Notes: generated by a model not told the origin, from the letters alone. A stretch of 64,000 nt of DNA from Gemmatimonadales bacterium (GCA_007695195.1 REEG01000157.1:4270-68269); one strand, 5' to 3'; shown: positions 30,031 to 39,433, numbered from the stretch's first letter. Numbers and translations: made by a program.

Positions 30031-33000
30031 ATGCACTACCCTGACGTCCCGGAATCCCTCATCGAGATGGAGTCGTCCCTGCTGCAACGCTGGCGCGACG
30101 AAGACCTCTTCGGCCGGACGCAGGAGGCAACCCGGGACGGGAAGCCCTTCGTCTTCTATGAGGGCCCCCCCACCGCCAACGGACGCCCGGGTCTCCATCA
30201 CATCATTTCCCGGACCATCAAGGATCTGGTCTGCCGACATCGTGCCATGACCGGGCGTCGGGTTACCCGGATCGCCGGGTGGGACACCCACGGGCTCCCG
30301 GTGGAGATCGAGGCCGAGAAGAAGCTGGGGATCTCCGGTAAGCCCGAGATCGAACGCCTCGGGATCGAGGAGTTCAATCGGGTCTGTCGGGAATCGGTCT
30401 TCACCTACAAGGAGGAGTGGGAGCGCCTCTCCGAGCGCATCGGCTACTGGCTGGACTACTCCAACCCCTACGTCACCTTCCACACGCCGTACATTGAATC
30501 GGTCTGGGCGATCCTCAAGGATTTATCCACCAGGGGTCTCCTCTACCGTGGGCACAAGTCCGTCCCCTACTGCCCGCGCTGCGGCACCACCCTCTCGTCC
30601 CACGAAGTGGCCCAGGGCTACCGGGAGGTGGAAGACCCATCTCTCTACTTCCTCTGTCCATGGCTTGAGGAGTCAGGCGAAGCCGAGGACCCGGGCGACC
30701 GGGCCTTCCTGGTGTGGACCACCACGCCGTGGACCGTACCCTCCAACACCGCCCTGGCGGTGCGCGACGATCTCGACTATGCCGAGGTGGTGTGGGAAGG
30801 GAAGCGCGTGGTTCTGGCCGAGAGCCGGGTCGAGGCGGTGTTCGGTCCCGATACGCCGATTCTACGACGGTATCGCGGCGCCGATCTGGTGGGACGGCGC
30901 TACCGACGTCCACTGGACCTGGTCCCCGTGTCCGACGAAGAGGCGGATCGTGCCTGGCGAGTGGTTCCGGAAGACTTCGTATCCGACGCCGACGGGACGG
31001 GCATCGTCCATCTGGCTCCGGCGTTCGGTGCCGATGACTATGCGTCGGGTCAGCGCCATGGGTTCCCACTTCTCAGACCGGTGGACGACACCGGTTGCTT
31101 CGAACCGGACGTGGGCCTGGTGGGCGGTACCTTTGTGAAGGACGCCGATCCGACCCTGGTGGGGGCGCTGCGCGAGGAGGGGAACCTCTTCCGGATCCAG
31201 CGTGAATCCCACTCCTATCCGCACTGCTGGCGCTGCTCGTCACCGCTCATCTACATGGCCCGGGACTCCTGGTTCGCCGCTACCTCGGGGCTGAAGCAGG
31301 TCATGATGGACAACAACCGCAAGATTCGCTGGCTCCCTCCGGAGGTGGGCGAGGGCCGAATGGGCGAGTGGTTGGCCAACAATGTGGACTGGGCGTTGTC
31401 GAGGGATCGGTTCTGGGGAACGCCCCTACCCGTCTGGGTCAATGACACCGATCCCACCGATGTGGAGTGGATCGGGTCGCTGGCCGAATTGTCGGATAGG
31501 GTGGGAGGGCTCCCGGAGGACTTCGATCCCCACCGCCCCTTCATCGACCAGCTCACCTGGCCGGCGGCCGATGGGGTGGGAACCATGAGGCGGGATCCGG
31601 GCGTCCTGGACGTGTGGTTCGACTCGGGCGCCATGCCCTATGCCCAGTGGCACTGGCCTCACGAGAACGAGGAGGCCTTCCGGGAGCACTTTCCCGCCGA
31701 CTTCATCTGCGAGGGGCTGGACCAGACCAGGGGCTGGTTCTACTCCCTCCTGGCCATCGGCTCCATGCTGGAGTTGGGCCCCAGCTACCGGAACGTGGTG
31801 GTGAACGGCTTAGTGCTGGACGCGGAAGGCCAGAAGATGTCCAAGTCCCGGGGCAACACGGTGGATCCCTGGGACGCCATCGCCGAGTTCGGCTCCGACC
31901 CCCTGCGCTGGTACCTCATCACCGTGTCCAGCCCCTGGGCCGCCAAGAGATACGATCCGGACGGGGTCCGCGAGGCCACGCGGAAGTTCTTCGACACGGC
32001 GCTGAACACCTACCGGTTCTTCGCCCTCTATGCCCGGGTGGAGGGGTGGCAGCCATCGAAGGAGGATCCGGCACCGGCGGAGCGGTCCCTCCTGGATCGC
32101 TGGCTCCTGTCGCGCCTGCATCGGCTCGTGGGTGAGGTGGGGTCGGAGTTGGCGGAGTATCAGCCCACCCGTGCCTACCGGGCCGTCAGTGAATTCGTGA
32201 ACGAGGACCTCTCCAACTGGTTCGTCCGGAGGTCTCGCCATCGCTTCTGGGGGCACACGGACTCCCACGATGCCCGGGCCGCCTTCCGCACGCTCTGGGA
32301 GGCGCTGGTGACGGTGGCTCGCCTGACCGCCCCGGCGACGCCGTTCTTTGCCGATTGGCTGCACCGGGCATTGGACGATGGCCGCAGTGTGCACCTCTCG
32401 CCCTTCCCCGAGGCCCATGGGGATCTTCTCGACCCGGAGTTGGAAGAGGAGATGGCAGGGATCCGGGTCCTGGTCTCGGCCGGTCGAGCGGCCCGGGAGG
32501 ACGTGCGGATCCGGGTGCGGCAGCCTCTGTCCACCCTTTTCGCCGTTCTCCCCAAGGGGAGCCGGACACCCCGGGACGAGGTGGTGGATGTCTTGAAGGA
32601 CGAGCTCAATGTGAAGGAGGTGCGCTTCCTGGACCGGGCCGACTCGCTGGTCACCCTCAAGGCCCGTCCCGACTTCCGCGTCCTGGGCCCTCGCTTCCAG
32701 CGCCACAGCCAGGCGGCGGCGGCGGCCATTCGTGCCCTGGATCCGGACCGGCTTGCGGCGTTCAACGCCGGGGAAGAGGTCCGGATCGAGGTGGCCGGCG
32801 AGTCCGTGGCGCTGGAGGCCGACTGGCTGGCCGTGGAGCGGCAGGCACAGGGAGAGCTGGTGGTCCGTTCCCAGGACGGCTTCACCGCCGCCCTCGACCC
32901 GGTTCTCACGGAAGAGCTCCTCACCGAGGGCATGGCCCGGGAGTTGGTGAACCGCATCCAGCGACTGCGAAAGGACGCGGGACTCGAGATCACGGATCGA

Positions 33001-33264
33001 ATCCACCTGCGGGTGCAGGGAGGTGACCGGGTGGCGAGGGCGGTGGTGGGCTTCCGGGAGTTCATCGCCGGTGAGACCCTGGCGCTGTCGCTGGATCTGG
33101 ACGCACCGGCCGGGTCGGGGGATGGAGAGGGGGCCGGGCGCGGAGAGGGAGCCGCGCCTGTCACCGCCGCGGCTGAACTCGAGGACGAGGTGGATGGGCA
33201 CCCGGTGCGCCTCCTCCTGGATCCGGCCGCCCCGGAGGCGGTGGGGCAGGAGACCAAACCGTGA
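30031..33264 (+). CDS. ileS: isoleucine--tRNA ligase
   Basis: HIGH-region PPTANGRPGLHHIISR, KMSKS (GQKMSKSRGN), CP1 editing domain. Trimmed to ATG 30031 (MHYPDVPESL). Confidence 0.95.
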   Translation: MHYPDVPESLIEMESSLLQRWRDEDLFGRTQEATRDGKPFVFYEGPPTANGRPGLHHIISRTIKDLVCRHRAMTGRRVTRIAGWDTHGLPVEIEAEKKLGISGKPEIERLGIEEFNRVCRESVFTYKEEWERLSERIGYWLDYSNPYVTFHTPYIESVWAILKDLSTRGLLYRGHKSVPYCPRCGTTLSSHEVAQGYREVEDPSLYFLCPWLEESGEAEDPGDRAFLVWTTTPWTVPSNTALAVRDDLDYAEVVWEGKRVVLAESRVEAVFGPDTPILRRYRGADLVGRRYRRPLDLVPVSDEEADRAWRVVPEDFVSDADGTGIVHLAPAFGADDYASGQRHGFPLLRPVDDTGCFEPDVGLVGGTFVKDADPTLVGALREEGNLFRIQRESHSYPHCWRCSSPLIYMARDSWFAATSGLKQVMMDNNRKIRWLPPEVGEGRMGEWLANNVDWALSRDRFWGTPLPVWVNDTDPTDVEWIGSLAELSDRVGGLPEDFDPHRPFIDQLTWPAADGVGTMRRDPGVLDVWFDSGAMPYAQWHWPHENEEAFREHFPADFICEGLDQTRGWFYSLLAIGSMLELGPSYRNVVVNGLVLDAEGQKMSKSRGNTVDPWDAIAEFGSDPLRWYLITVSSPWAAKRYDPDGVREATRKFFDTALNTYRFFALYARVEGWQPSKEDPAPAERSLLDRWLLSRLHRLVGEVGSELAEYQPTRAYRAVSEFVNEDLSNWFVRRSRHRFWGHTDSHDARAAFRTLWEALVTVARLTAPATPFFADWLHRALDDGRSVHLSPFPEAHGDLLDPELEEEMAGIRVLVSAGRAAREDVRIRVRQPLSTLFAVLPKGSRTPRDEVVDVLKDELNVKEVRFLDRADSLVTLKARPDFRVLGPRFQRHSQAAAAAIRALDPDRLAAFNAGEEVRIEVAGESVALEADWLAVERQAQGELVVRSQDGFTAALDPVLTEELLTEGMARELVNRIQRLRKDAGLEITDRIHLRVQGGDRVARAVVGFREFIAGETLALSLDLDAPAGSGDGEGAGRGEGAAPVTAAAELEDEVDGHPVRLLLDPAAPEAVGQETKP

Positions 33265-34247
33265 GGACCTTCGTGGTGCCGGATACGGCCGAAGGACTCC
33301 GTCTGGACGTCTGGGTTTCCGAGCAGGCCGGATTGTCCCGGAGCCGGGTGGCGCGTCTGGTGGCGGAAGGCCAGGTGCTCCTGAACGAAGAGGTCCCCCG
33401 CAAGGCCGAGCCTCTGGCGGCTGGAGACCGGATCCAACTGGAAGAGCCCCCCCCTGAGCCGGTGAAGGCCGAAGCCGAGGACCTGCCTCTGGACATCGTC
33501 TGGGAAGACGAGCATCTGCTGGTTGTGGACAAGGCCCCGGGGATGGTGGTACACCCGGCACCCGGGCACCGAAGCGGGACGCTCGTGAATGCCCTTCTCC
33601 ATCATGTGCGGGATCTGTCGGGGATCGGGGGGAAGCTCCGCCCCGGGATCGTGCATCGTCTGGACCGGGATACCTCGGGGCTCCTGGTGGTGGCCAAGGA
33701 CGATGCGACCCACCAGGGACTCTCGGATCTGCTCCGGCAACGGAAGATCCGTCGGCTCTATCTGGCGGCGTCGTGGGGGCACGTGGACCGGAGCCCGCGC
33801 AAGATCGACGCGCCCATCGGGCGGGATCCGTCCAATCGACTCCGGATGGCGGTCCACGCCGATGGTCGCCGGGCGGTCACCCACCTCCGTGTGCGTGAGA
33901 ATTGGCCCGCCGCCGAACTCCTGCAGGTGGGGCTCGAAACCGGCCGAACGCACCAGATCCGGGTTCACCTGGCCCACATCGGTCATCCGGTGGTGGGAGA
34001 TGAACTCTATGGAGCGGGATGGGAGCGGGGGATGGGTGGCTCGATCCGGGAGTTCGCCCGGGAGTTGGCGCGCCGGATCCCGCGGCAGTTCCTCCATGCG
34101 CACACGTTGGCCTTCCGCCATCCCGTCACCGGCGAGGATATGCGTTTCCAGTCCCCTCTTCCACCGGATCTCGCTTCGGTGGCGGCGTGGGCTCGGGAGC
34201 GGAGGACGGGCGCGGCCTCCTCCATCTCCGGCCCGGGAGGTGCCTGA
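33261..34247 (+). CDS. rluD: RluA-family 23S rRNA pseudouridine synthase (RluD-type, with S4 domain)
   Basis: S4-like N-terminus and catalytic motif HRLDRDTSGLLVVAK. GTGA overlap with ileS. Confidence 0.9.
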   Translation: MRTFVVPDTAEGLRLDVWVSEQAGLSRSRVARLVAEGQVLLNEEVPRKAEPLAAGDRIQLEEPPPEPVKAEAEDLPLDIVWEDEHLLVVDKAPGMVVHPAPGHRSGTLVNALLHHVRDLSGIGGKLRPGIVHRLDRDTSGLLVVAKDDATHQGLSDLLRQRKIRRLYLAASWGHVDRSPRKIDAPIGRDPSNRLRMAVHADGRRAVTHLRVRENWPAAELLQVGLETGRTHQIRVHLAHIGHPVVGDELYGAGWERGMGGSIREFARELARRIPRQFLHAHTLAFRHPVTGEDMRFQSPLPPDLASVAAWARERRTGAASSISGPGGA

Positions 34248-36163
34248 TGGATCTCGATCCCCGAATGACCTTCGACAGCTTCGTGGTGGGCCCCGCCAAC
34301 CGTATGGCGGCGGCTGCGGCGAAGCGAGCCGCCGAGTCTCCGGGAAAGGGGTACAACCCTCTCTTCCTGTACTCCGATTCCGGGTTGGGGAAGTCCCATA
34401 TCCTCAATGCCATCGCCCACCACAGCGACCGGTATCACCCGGGTGGGACCGTGCTCTATCAGCCGCTGGAACTCTACCTGAGCGAGCTGACGGATGCCAT
34501 GGCGAATGGGTCCGAGGCCCGTCTCGGTGCCCGGTACCAGAGCTTGGATCTGCTTCTGCTGGACGACGTGCAGTTCCTGGAGGGGCAGCCGGAGGCCCAG
34601 GAGATGCTACTGCGCCTCCTCGACCGGATCACGGCCCGGGGTGGCCAGACGGTGCTGGCGTCGGACCGGTCGCCGGCGGAGATCGACGGGTTGGATTCCC
34701 GACTGTTGAACCGGTTCTCCGGGGGGTTGATCGTGGACATTGGCCCGCCGGACCTGGAAACCCGGACCGCCATCCTGAGGCGCAAGGCGGAAGAGCGCGG
34801 AGCGGGGCTGGCCGAAGGGGTGCTCGCCTCCCTGGCCAAGGCCCCCTTCAGGAACGTCCGGGAGTTGCAGGGGGCCCTGAACCGGATCCTGGTGCTGCAG
34901 GAGCTCGAGGGACGACCCATCTCGGTGGAGGAGCTTCCGGCCCTCATCCAGGGCCTGCCGGGAGTTCGAGTCCAGGTCGCCGAGGGACGGGCGCCCTCGC
35001 GACAGCCCCCGGCAGTACCGGCGTGGCGTAGGAGGCTCGAGGCGGCGGCCGAGGCGGCCGAGGCTGAGGGGATCGTGGCGACGCGGCTTCGTCGCCTCCT
35101 GGAGCATCCCCGGGAGCCGTCGGGGTGGGAGTCGGCCCTCACGGACTTCGAGACGGCGCTGGACCGGATCCGGCAGATCCGACGGGAACTGGAGTCCCTG
35201 GGGAATCCGTGGCCCGAGGCCGCGGCCACTCTCCTTCGCAACCCCGATCGACTCGATGAATCGGAGGCGCTTCTCGCCTCGGCCCGGGAGCGTGCCCGCG
35301 GCTTCGCCCCCCTGCCGGATGGGCCAGGTCTGGAGCGTCTCGGCGAGGACATGCCCCGCCTGGCCGTTCGGGCTGCGGACCGACTCCTTCAGGCCGAGTC
35401 GCCGGACTACAACCCACTTTTCCTTCACACCCCTTCGCAGGATAGGGGGCGCAGTTTCCTGGCGGCGGTGGGGCGAACCCACCGGAGTCGGAATCCCGAA
35501 GCTCGCATTGCCTTCGTCTCGGCGGCTGAGTTCGCCGAGGAGTTCATTGACGCATTGGCCCGAGGGGTTGCCGGTGCGTGGCGTGAGCGGTGGTGGACCG
35601 TGGAAGTGCTCTTGCTCTACGGCATCCAGGAGCTGTCCATGATGGAGCGGGCGCAGGACGAGTTCTTCCACCTGTTTGAGGCCCTGAAGCGCCGAAATTC
35701 CCGGATCTTTCTGGCGGCGGACCGGCTCCCCTCGGCGTTCGAGCGGGTGGACAACCGGCTCCTCAGCCGCTTCGAAGGTGGCCTGGTGGTGGACCTGGGT
35801 GAGGAAGCCCGGAGCCGACCTGAGGAGGCGGCGGAGTCCCCACGAGACACGGCACCGCCGCGAGCCGCATCGGCGTCGGCCCCGCTCGGGCGTCCTGGGG
35901 GGGGGACGCCGCGCCCCGGTGGCTCGGCATCGGAAGAAGAGTTGGAGCTGCTCCGGCAACTGGCCACGGTGGGCGCCCCGGATCGGGGTGGTGACGGCGA
36001 TTCCGGTGCTCCCGTGGGCCTTCGGGGTAGTGGGGAGGAGTTGGAAGGCGTCTGGCGCCCCTCGCGGGAGCGGGTGGTGTGGGATTGGCCCGCAGTGGAG
36101 GAGCAGATCGTGGAAGATTACTCGGACCGGGGACAGGCTGAATGGGCATCGAAGGGGCGCTGA
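34247..36163 (+). CDS. tandem DnaA-type AAA+ protein lacking DnaA domain IV (second module degenerate)
   Basis: Module 1: NPLFLYSDSGLGKSH (Walker A), LLLLDDVQFL (Walker B), VLASDR, RLLNRFSGGLIVDIGPPDLETR, FRNVRELQGAL. Module 2 (nt 35408-35806): YNPLFLHTPSQDRGRS, VLLLYGIQEL, DEFFHLFEAL, FLAADR, RLLSRFEGGLVVDLG. No HTH or DnaA-box domain. Start trimmed to ATG 34247 (TGATG junction with rluD). Confidence 0.7.
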   Translation: MDLDPRMTFDSFVVGPANRMAAAAAKRAAESPGKGYNPLFLYSDSGLGKSHILNAIAHHSDRYHPGGTVLYQPLELYLSELTDAMANGSEARLGARYQSLDLLLLDDVQFLEGQPEAQEMLLRLLDRITARGGQTVLASDRSPAEIDGLDSRLLNRFSGGLIVDIGPPDLETRTAILRRKAEERGAGLAEGVLASLAKAPFRNVRELQGALNRILVLQELEGRPISVEELPALIQGLPGVRVQVAEGRAPSRQPPAVPAWRRRLEAAAEAAEAEGIVATRLRRLLEHPREPSGWESALTDFETALDRIRQIRRELESLGNPWPEAAATLLRNPDRLDESEALLASARERARGFAPLPDGPGLERLGEDMPRLAVRAADRLLQAESPDYNPLFLHTPSQDRGRSFLAAVGRTHRSRNPEARIAFVSAAEFAEEFIDALARGVAGAWRERWWTVEVLLLYGIQELSMMERAQDEFFHLFEALKRRNSRIFLAADRLPSAFERVDNRLLSRFEGGLVVDLGEEARSRPEEAAESPRDTAPPRAASASAPLGRPGGGTPRPGGSASEEELELLRQLATVGAPDRGGDGDSGAPVGLRGSGEELEGVWRPSRERVVWDWPAVEEQIVEDYSDRGQAEWASKGR

Positions 36164-37782
36164 GCGAGGTCGGCCTGGCGGACATCTGCCAGCTTCTGGC
36201 CATGGGACGAAAGACCGGGCGCCTGTCCATCACGGATCGCTCGAACTTCGCCCACATCTACTTCGAGGATGGGCTGGTGATCCACGCCGTGATCCTCAAT
36301 CGTCCTGACCGTCTGGCCGATCTCCTGGTGGGGAACGGAGCGGTGGCCCCCCAGGCGCTGCGGGAGGCCCGGTCCCGTCGAAGCGGAGAGCCCGGTGAGC
36401 GCCATTACGCCCGGATCCTCGCGGACGAGGGCGCGCTCTCGCCTCAGGATCTGGAGCGCTATGTGGCGGTCACGGTGGAGGAAGCCGTCTACCGTCTGTT
36501 CATGTGGGAAGACGGGTCCTTCACGTTCCAGGGTGGGATCAGTCCCGACCGAGGGATCCCTGCGCAGGTCCACATCCCGATCCAGAACCTCTTGCTGGAA
36601 GGGGCTCGGCGGGCCGATGAATGGACGCAGATCCGACAGGTGGTCCCCTCCGATCGCGCCGTCTTTCGGGTGGCGAGCCTCCCCGGTGACGGATCGGATG
36701 AGGGACCGTCCAGGGAGCAGCGCCGGGTTCTGGAGCTGCTCGATGGGGAGCGCACCATCGACGACATCGTCCGCTCGCTGGGAACGGTTGAATTCGAGGT
36801 GTCCCGCATCCTGTTCGAGATGGCCGGGGAGGGGTGGGTCGCCCGGGAGGTGGATCCATCCATGGATGAGGCGTTGGTGCCCTCCCGAGAGGAGTCCCCT
36901 GCCCAGGGGCACATGGAGTTGGCCCGTGCGTTCCATGATTCGGGGATGTTGGAAGAGGCGGAGAGGGAGCTGAAGCAGGTGCTGGAGCACCGACCGTCGG
37001 ATCCGGAGGCCCACAGCCGTCTGGCCGTCATCGCCCTGCGGACCAGACGTCCGGGCGAGGCACTTCGCCACCTGGACATGGCGGAAGAGGCCTCTGGGGA
37101 CAGCTATTCGCGGCTTCGGAACCGGGCCCTGGCTCTTGAGCTGCTGCACCGGTATCCGGAGGCGCTGGAAGCGTTGGATCGGGCCGCCGTGGAGGGAGGC
37201 GACGATCCGGGCCTGCACCTGGCCCGAGGATTGGTCCTTCTCAAGCTGGCCCGTGGCGAGGAGGCCCTGGAGGCGTTCCATCGCCACCGGGAAGCCCTTC
37301 CTCAGGAGGAGGTTCCAACCCCCCGATTCTTCGCCTACGCCGTGCTGGCGGCGGAGGTGGCGGGGAACTCCCAGGAGGCGCTCGAGCTGGGTCGGGAGGG
37401 GCTAGGATACCACCCGGGATCCGGTCCGATCCTGGTGAACCTGGGCGCGGTCCTGGAGCGTCGCGGAGAGGTGGCTACGGCCGAGGCCCTCTACCTTCGG
37501 GCGGTGGGCGGGACCGATACCCCGCCCCAGGCCCACCGCAACCTCGGCGATCTGGCGCTTCGACGCGGAGACCAGGCCAGCGCCCGGGCCCACTACGAGC
37601 GAGCCGTGCGCCTGAATCCGAAGCTGGGCGACGAGGTCTTCCTCCGGCTGGGCACCCTGTTCTACGAAGACGGCGACATGGACGGGGCCCGGACCCTCTG
37701 GCAGCGTGCACTGAAGATCAACCCGGACAACGAGATGGTGCGCACGAATCTGGGTCTGGTGACCGCCGGCGCCGGATCCTGA
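36142..37782 (+). CDS. DUF4388 (PATAN-like) domain protein with C-terminal TPR repeats
   Basis: N-terminus GALSEVGLADICQLLAMGRKTGRLSITD...IYFEDGLVIHA is typical of DUF4388. Mid region LELLDGERTIDDIVRSLGTVEFEVSRILFEMAGEGWV. Multiple TPR-like repeats run to the C-terminus. 22-nt overlap with the upstream gene. Confidence 0.65.
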   Translation: MGIEGALSEVGLADICQLLAMGRKTGRLSITDRSNFAHIYFEDGLVIHAVILNRPDRLADLLVGNGAVAPQALREARSRRSGEPGERHYARILADEGALSPQDLERYVAVTVEEAVYRLFMWEDGSFTFQGGISPDRGIPAQVHIPIQNLLLEGARRADEWTQIRQVVPSDRAVFRVASLPGDGSDEGPSREQRRVLELLDGERTIDDIVRSLGTVEFEVSRILFEMAGEGWVAREVDPSMDEALVPSREESPAQGHMELARAFHDSGMLEEAERELKQVLEHRPSDPEAHSRLAVIALRTRRPGEALRHLDMAEEASGDSYSRLRNRALALELLHRYPEALEALDRAAVEGGDDPGLHLARGLVLLKLARGEEALEAFHRHREALPQEEVPTPRFFAYAVLAAEVAGNSQEALELGREGLGYHPGSGPILVNLGAVLERRGEVATAEALYLRAVGGTDTPPQAHRNLGDLALRRGDQASARAHYERAVRLNPKLGDEVFLRLGTLFYEDGDMDGARTLWQRALKINPDNEMVRTNLGLVTAGAGS

Positions 37783-37796
37783 CGGCGGGGGCGGCC

Positions 37797-39071
37797 ATGT
37801 CCATCGGTCCGGCCAGGCAGGGATCCCTGGGAGATCGGGTCGGTGGATGGTTGCGCGCACTTCTGGTGGCGGTCCAGTTCGGGTTCGCCATGGTGGGTGC
37901 CGGCGCTGCGTCGGCTCAGGACGTGGTCCCCCTCGGAGGGGCCCTTCTCCCCGACTCCCTGATTCGACCCGCCCACGTCCCGGGAATCGATGAAGCCCAG
38001 GTGCTGGCGCCGGAGTCGCCGGAGCTCCGGGACCGGGTGAGGGTCGTCTTCTGGCCCCAGCACCGGGCGCGCGCCGAACGCGTGGTTTCCACATTGGAGC
38101 GGCACCCCCGGCTGCCGGGCATCCCGGACGCGCACCCGACTCGGGCCTTCATCTTTCTGACTCCCGACGACGCCCGATGGGATGCCCTTACCGGCGGGCG
38201 CACCCCACACTGGGGAGCGGGCGTCGCCATTCCCGCCCTGGACCGGGTCGTTCTACCGGCGCACCGCACACCCTGGGACGGGTTCCAGGGGGAGGCCCGG
38301 ACGGTGCGCCACGAATGGGCCCACCTGGGGCTCCACGACTACCTTCGGGGGCTGCGGGTCCCCCGGTGGTTCGATGAAGGGTACGCCCAGTGGTCCTCCG
38401 GCGGTTGGAACGTGGAAGAGGCCTGGCGGCTACGGCTTCAACTGGCCACCGGGTCGGCGCCTCCCCTGGACTCGCTGGCGCTGACGTGGCCCCGGGATCG
38501 GGGGGAGGCGGAGATCGCCTACCTCCTGGCGGCTTCGGCCATGGAGTACCTGGTGTCCGGGTCGGGGAGTCGGGGGGTGGAGGTGTTTCTGGCCCGGTGG
38601 CGGGAGGGGGGAGATTTCGAGGAAGCTTTCCGGGCGACCTTCGGCATCACCACCGGAACCTTCGAGCGCCAGTGGATCGAGCACGTCAAGCGTCGGTACG
38701 GGTTTCTCCTGATCCTGGGACAGTCCACCTTCTTCTGGCTCTTTCTGGGTGCCGCGCTCCTGGGCCTCTGGCGGATTCGGCGGAAGCGGGACCGAGAGCG
38801 GATGGAGCGTCTTCGCGCCGCCGACGCACCGGAGCTTCCGGCATGGTGGGATCCACCGCAGGCGCCGCCCATCGGTGGGTTTCCGGGGGAACGGCGGCCC
38901 CGGCAGCCCCACTCCATGGAGGTGGCGGAGCCTGGCGATGGGGACTCGGTTGACCTGGATGGTCCGGGTCTATACCCTTGGACGGATCCGGAGACGGGCA
39001 GGCACGCCGACGGTGGGTCCGGTGGTCCCCATCCGGCTGAGGAGTCGAGTCATGAGTCAACGAAAGCGTGA
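37797..39071 (+). CDS. MA-clan zinc metallopeptidase (Peptidase_MA_2-like), signal peptide plus C-terminal TM anchor
   Basis: Signal-like N-terminus (LLVAVQFGFAMVGAGAASAQ), HEWAH zinc motif, downstream WFDEGYAQW (third ligand Glu), TM FLLILGQSTFFWLFLGAALLGLW, then a charged tail. Confidence 0.6.
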   Translation: MSIGPARQGSLGDRVGGWLRALLVAVQFGFAMVGAGAASAQDVVPLGGALLPDSLIRPAHVPGIDEAQVLAPESPELRDRVRVVFWPQHRARAERVVSTLERHPRLPGIPDAHPTRAFIFLTPDDARWDALTGGRTPHWGAGVAIPALDRVVLPAHRTPWDGFQGEARTVRHEWAHLGLHDYLRGLRVPRWFDEGYAQWSSGGWNVEEAWRLRLQLATGSAPPLDSLALTWPRDRGEAEIAYLLAASAMEYLVSGSGSRGVEVFLARWREGGDFEEAFRATFGITTGTFERQWIEHVKRRYGFLLILGQSTFFWLFLGAALLGLWRIRRKRDRERMERLRAADAPELPAWWDPPQAPPIGGFPGERRPRQPHSMEVAEPGDGDSVDLDGPGLYPWTDPETGRHADGGSGGPHPAEESSHESTKA

Positions 39072-39348
39072 GCGTCGGCCGCAGGGGCCGCCGCGTCGCC
39101 GGTCCGAGCGGTCGAGCCCGCGCGGGTCGGATCAGGACCCCCACCTTTCGTTCGGTCCGGTGCAGGTGGCGGTGCTGGTCGCCGGAGTCCTCATGGCCGT
39201 GGCGGGGTTCTGGGTGCTTTCCACCGGGTCCATCACGGTGGCGCCCATTCTCCTGGTTCTCGGCTATCTTCTTCTGATTCCCCTGGGCCTGAGCCTGTCG
39301 GGGAAGAGGAAGGCACCGGGGGGCGGGTCGACTCCAGAGGGACCCTGA
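39052..39348 (+). CDS. small basic 2-TM membrane protein
   Basis: 98 aa from ATG 39052: Arg-rich N-terminus, then VQVAVLVAGVLMAVAGFWVL and VAPILLVLGYLLLIPLGLSL. 20-nt overlap with the upstream gene. No family recognised. Confidence 0.45.
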   Translation: MSQRKRERRPQGPPRRRSERSSPRGSDQDPHLSFGPVQVAVLVAGVLMAVAGFWVLSTGSITVAPILLVLGYLLLIPLGLSLSGKRKAPGGGSTPEGP

Positions 39349-39356
39349 GCCGTATC

Positions 39357-39431
39357 GGGCGCTTAGCTCAGTTGGTTTAGAGCGCTTGCCTTACAAGCAA
39401 GAGGTCGCAGGTTCGAATCCTGCAGCGCCCA
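39357..39431 (+). tRNA. tRNA-Val (anticodon UAC); no encoded CCA
   Basis: Acceptor GGGCGCT/AGCGCCC, D-arm AGCTCAGTTGGTTTAGAGC, anticodon stem CTTGC/GCAAG with loop CUUACAA, T-arm GCAGGTTCGAATCCTGC, discriminator A. Confidence 0.92.
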
Positions 39432-39433
39432 CT

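Noticed and set aside
34019-34246. 5' extensions of ORF-track entries: 9122, 11784, 13984, 15057, 19785, 28545, 29965, 34019, 38749, 41990, 43341, 46593, 51422, 52606, 54704, 56914, 59215.
   Set aside because: The extensions overlap the preceding gene or a terminator hairpin and encode non-protein-like sequence. In each case an internal ATG/GTG/TTG gives the conserved family N-terminus, usually with an ATGA/TGATG junction or a Shine-Dalgarno sequence, so the starts were trimmed.
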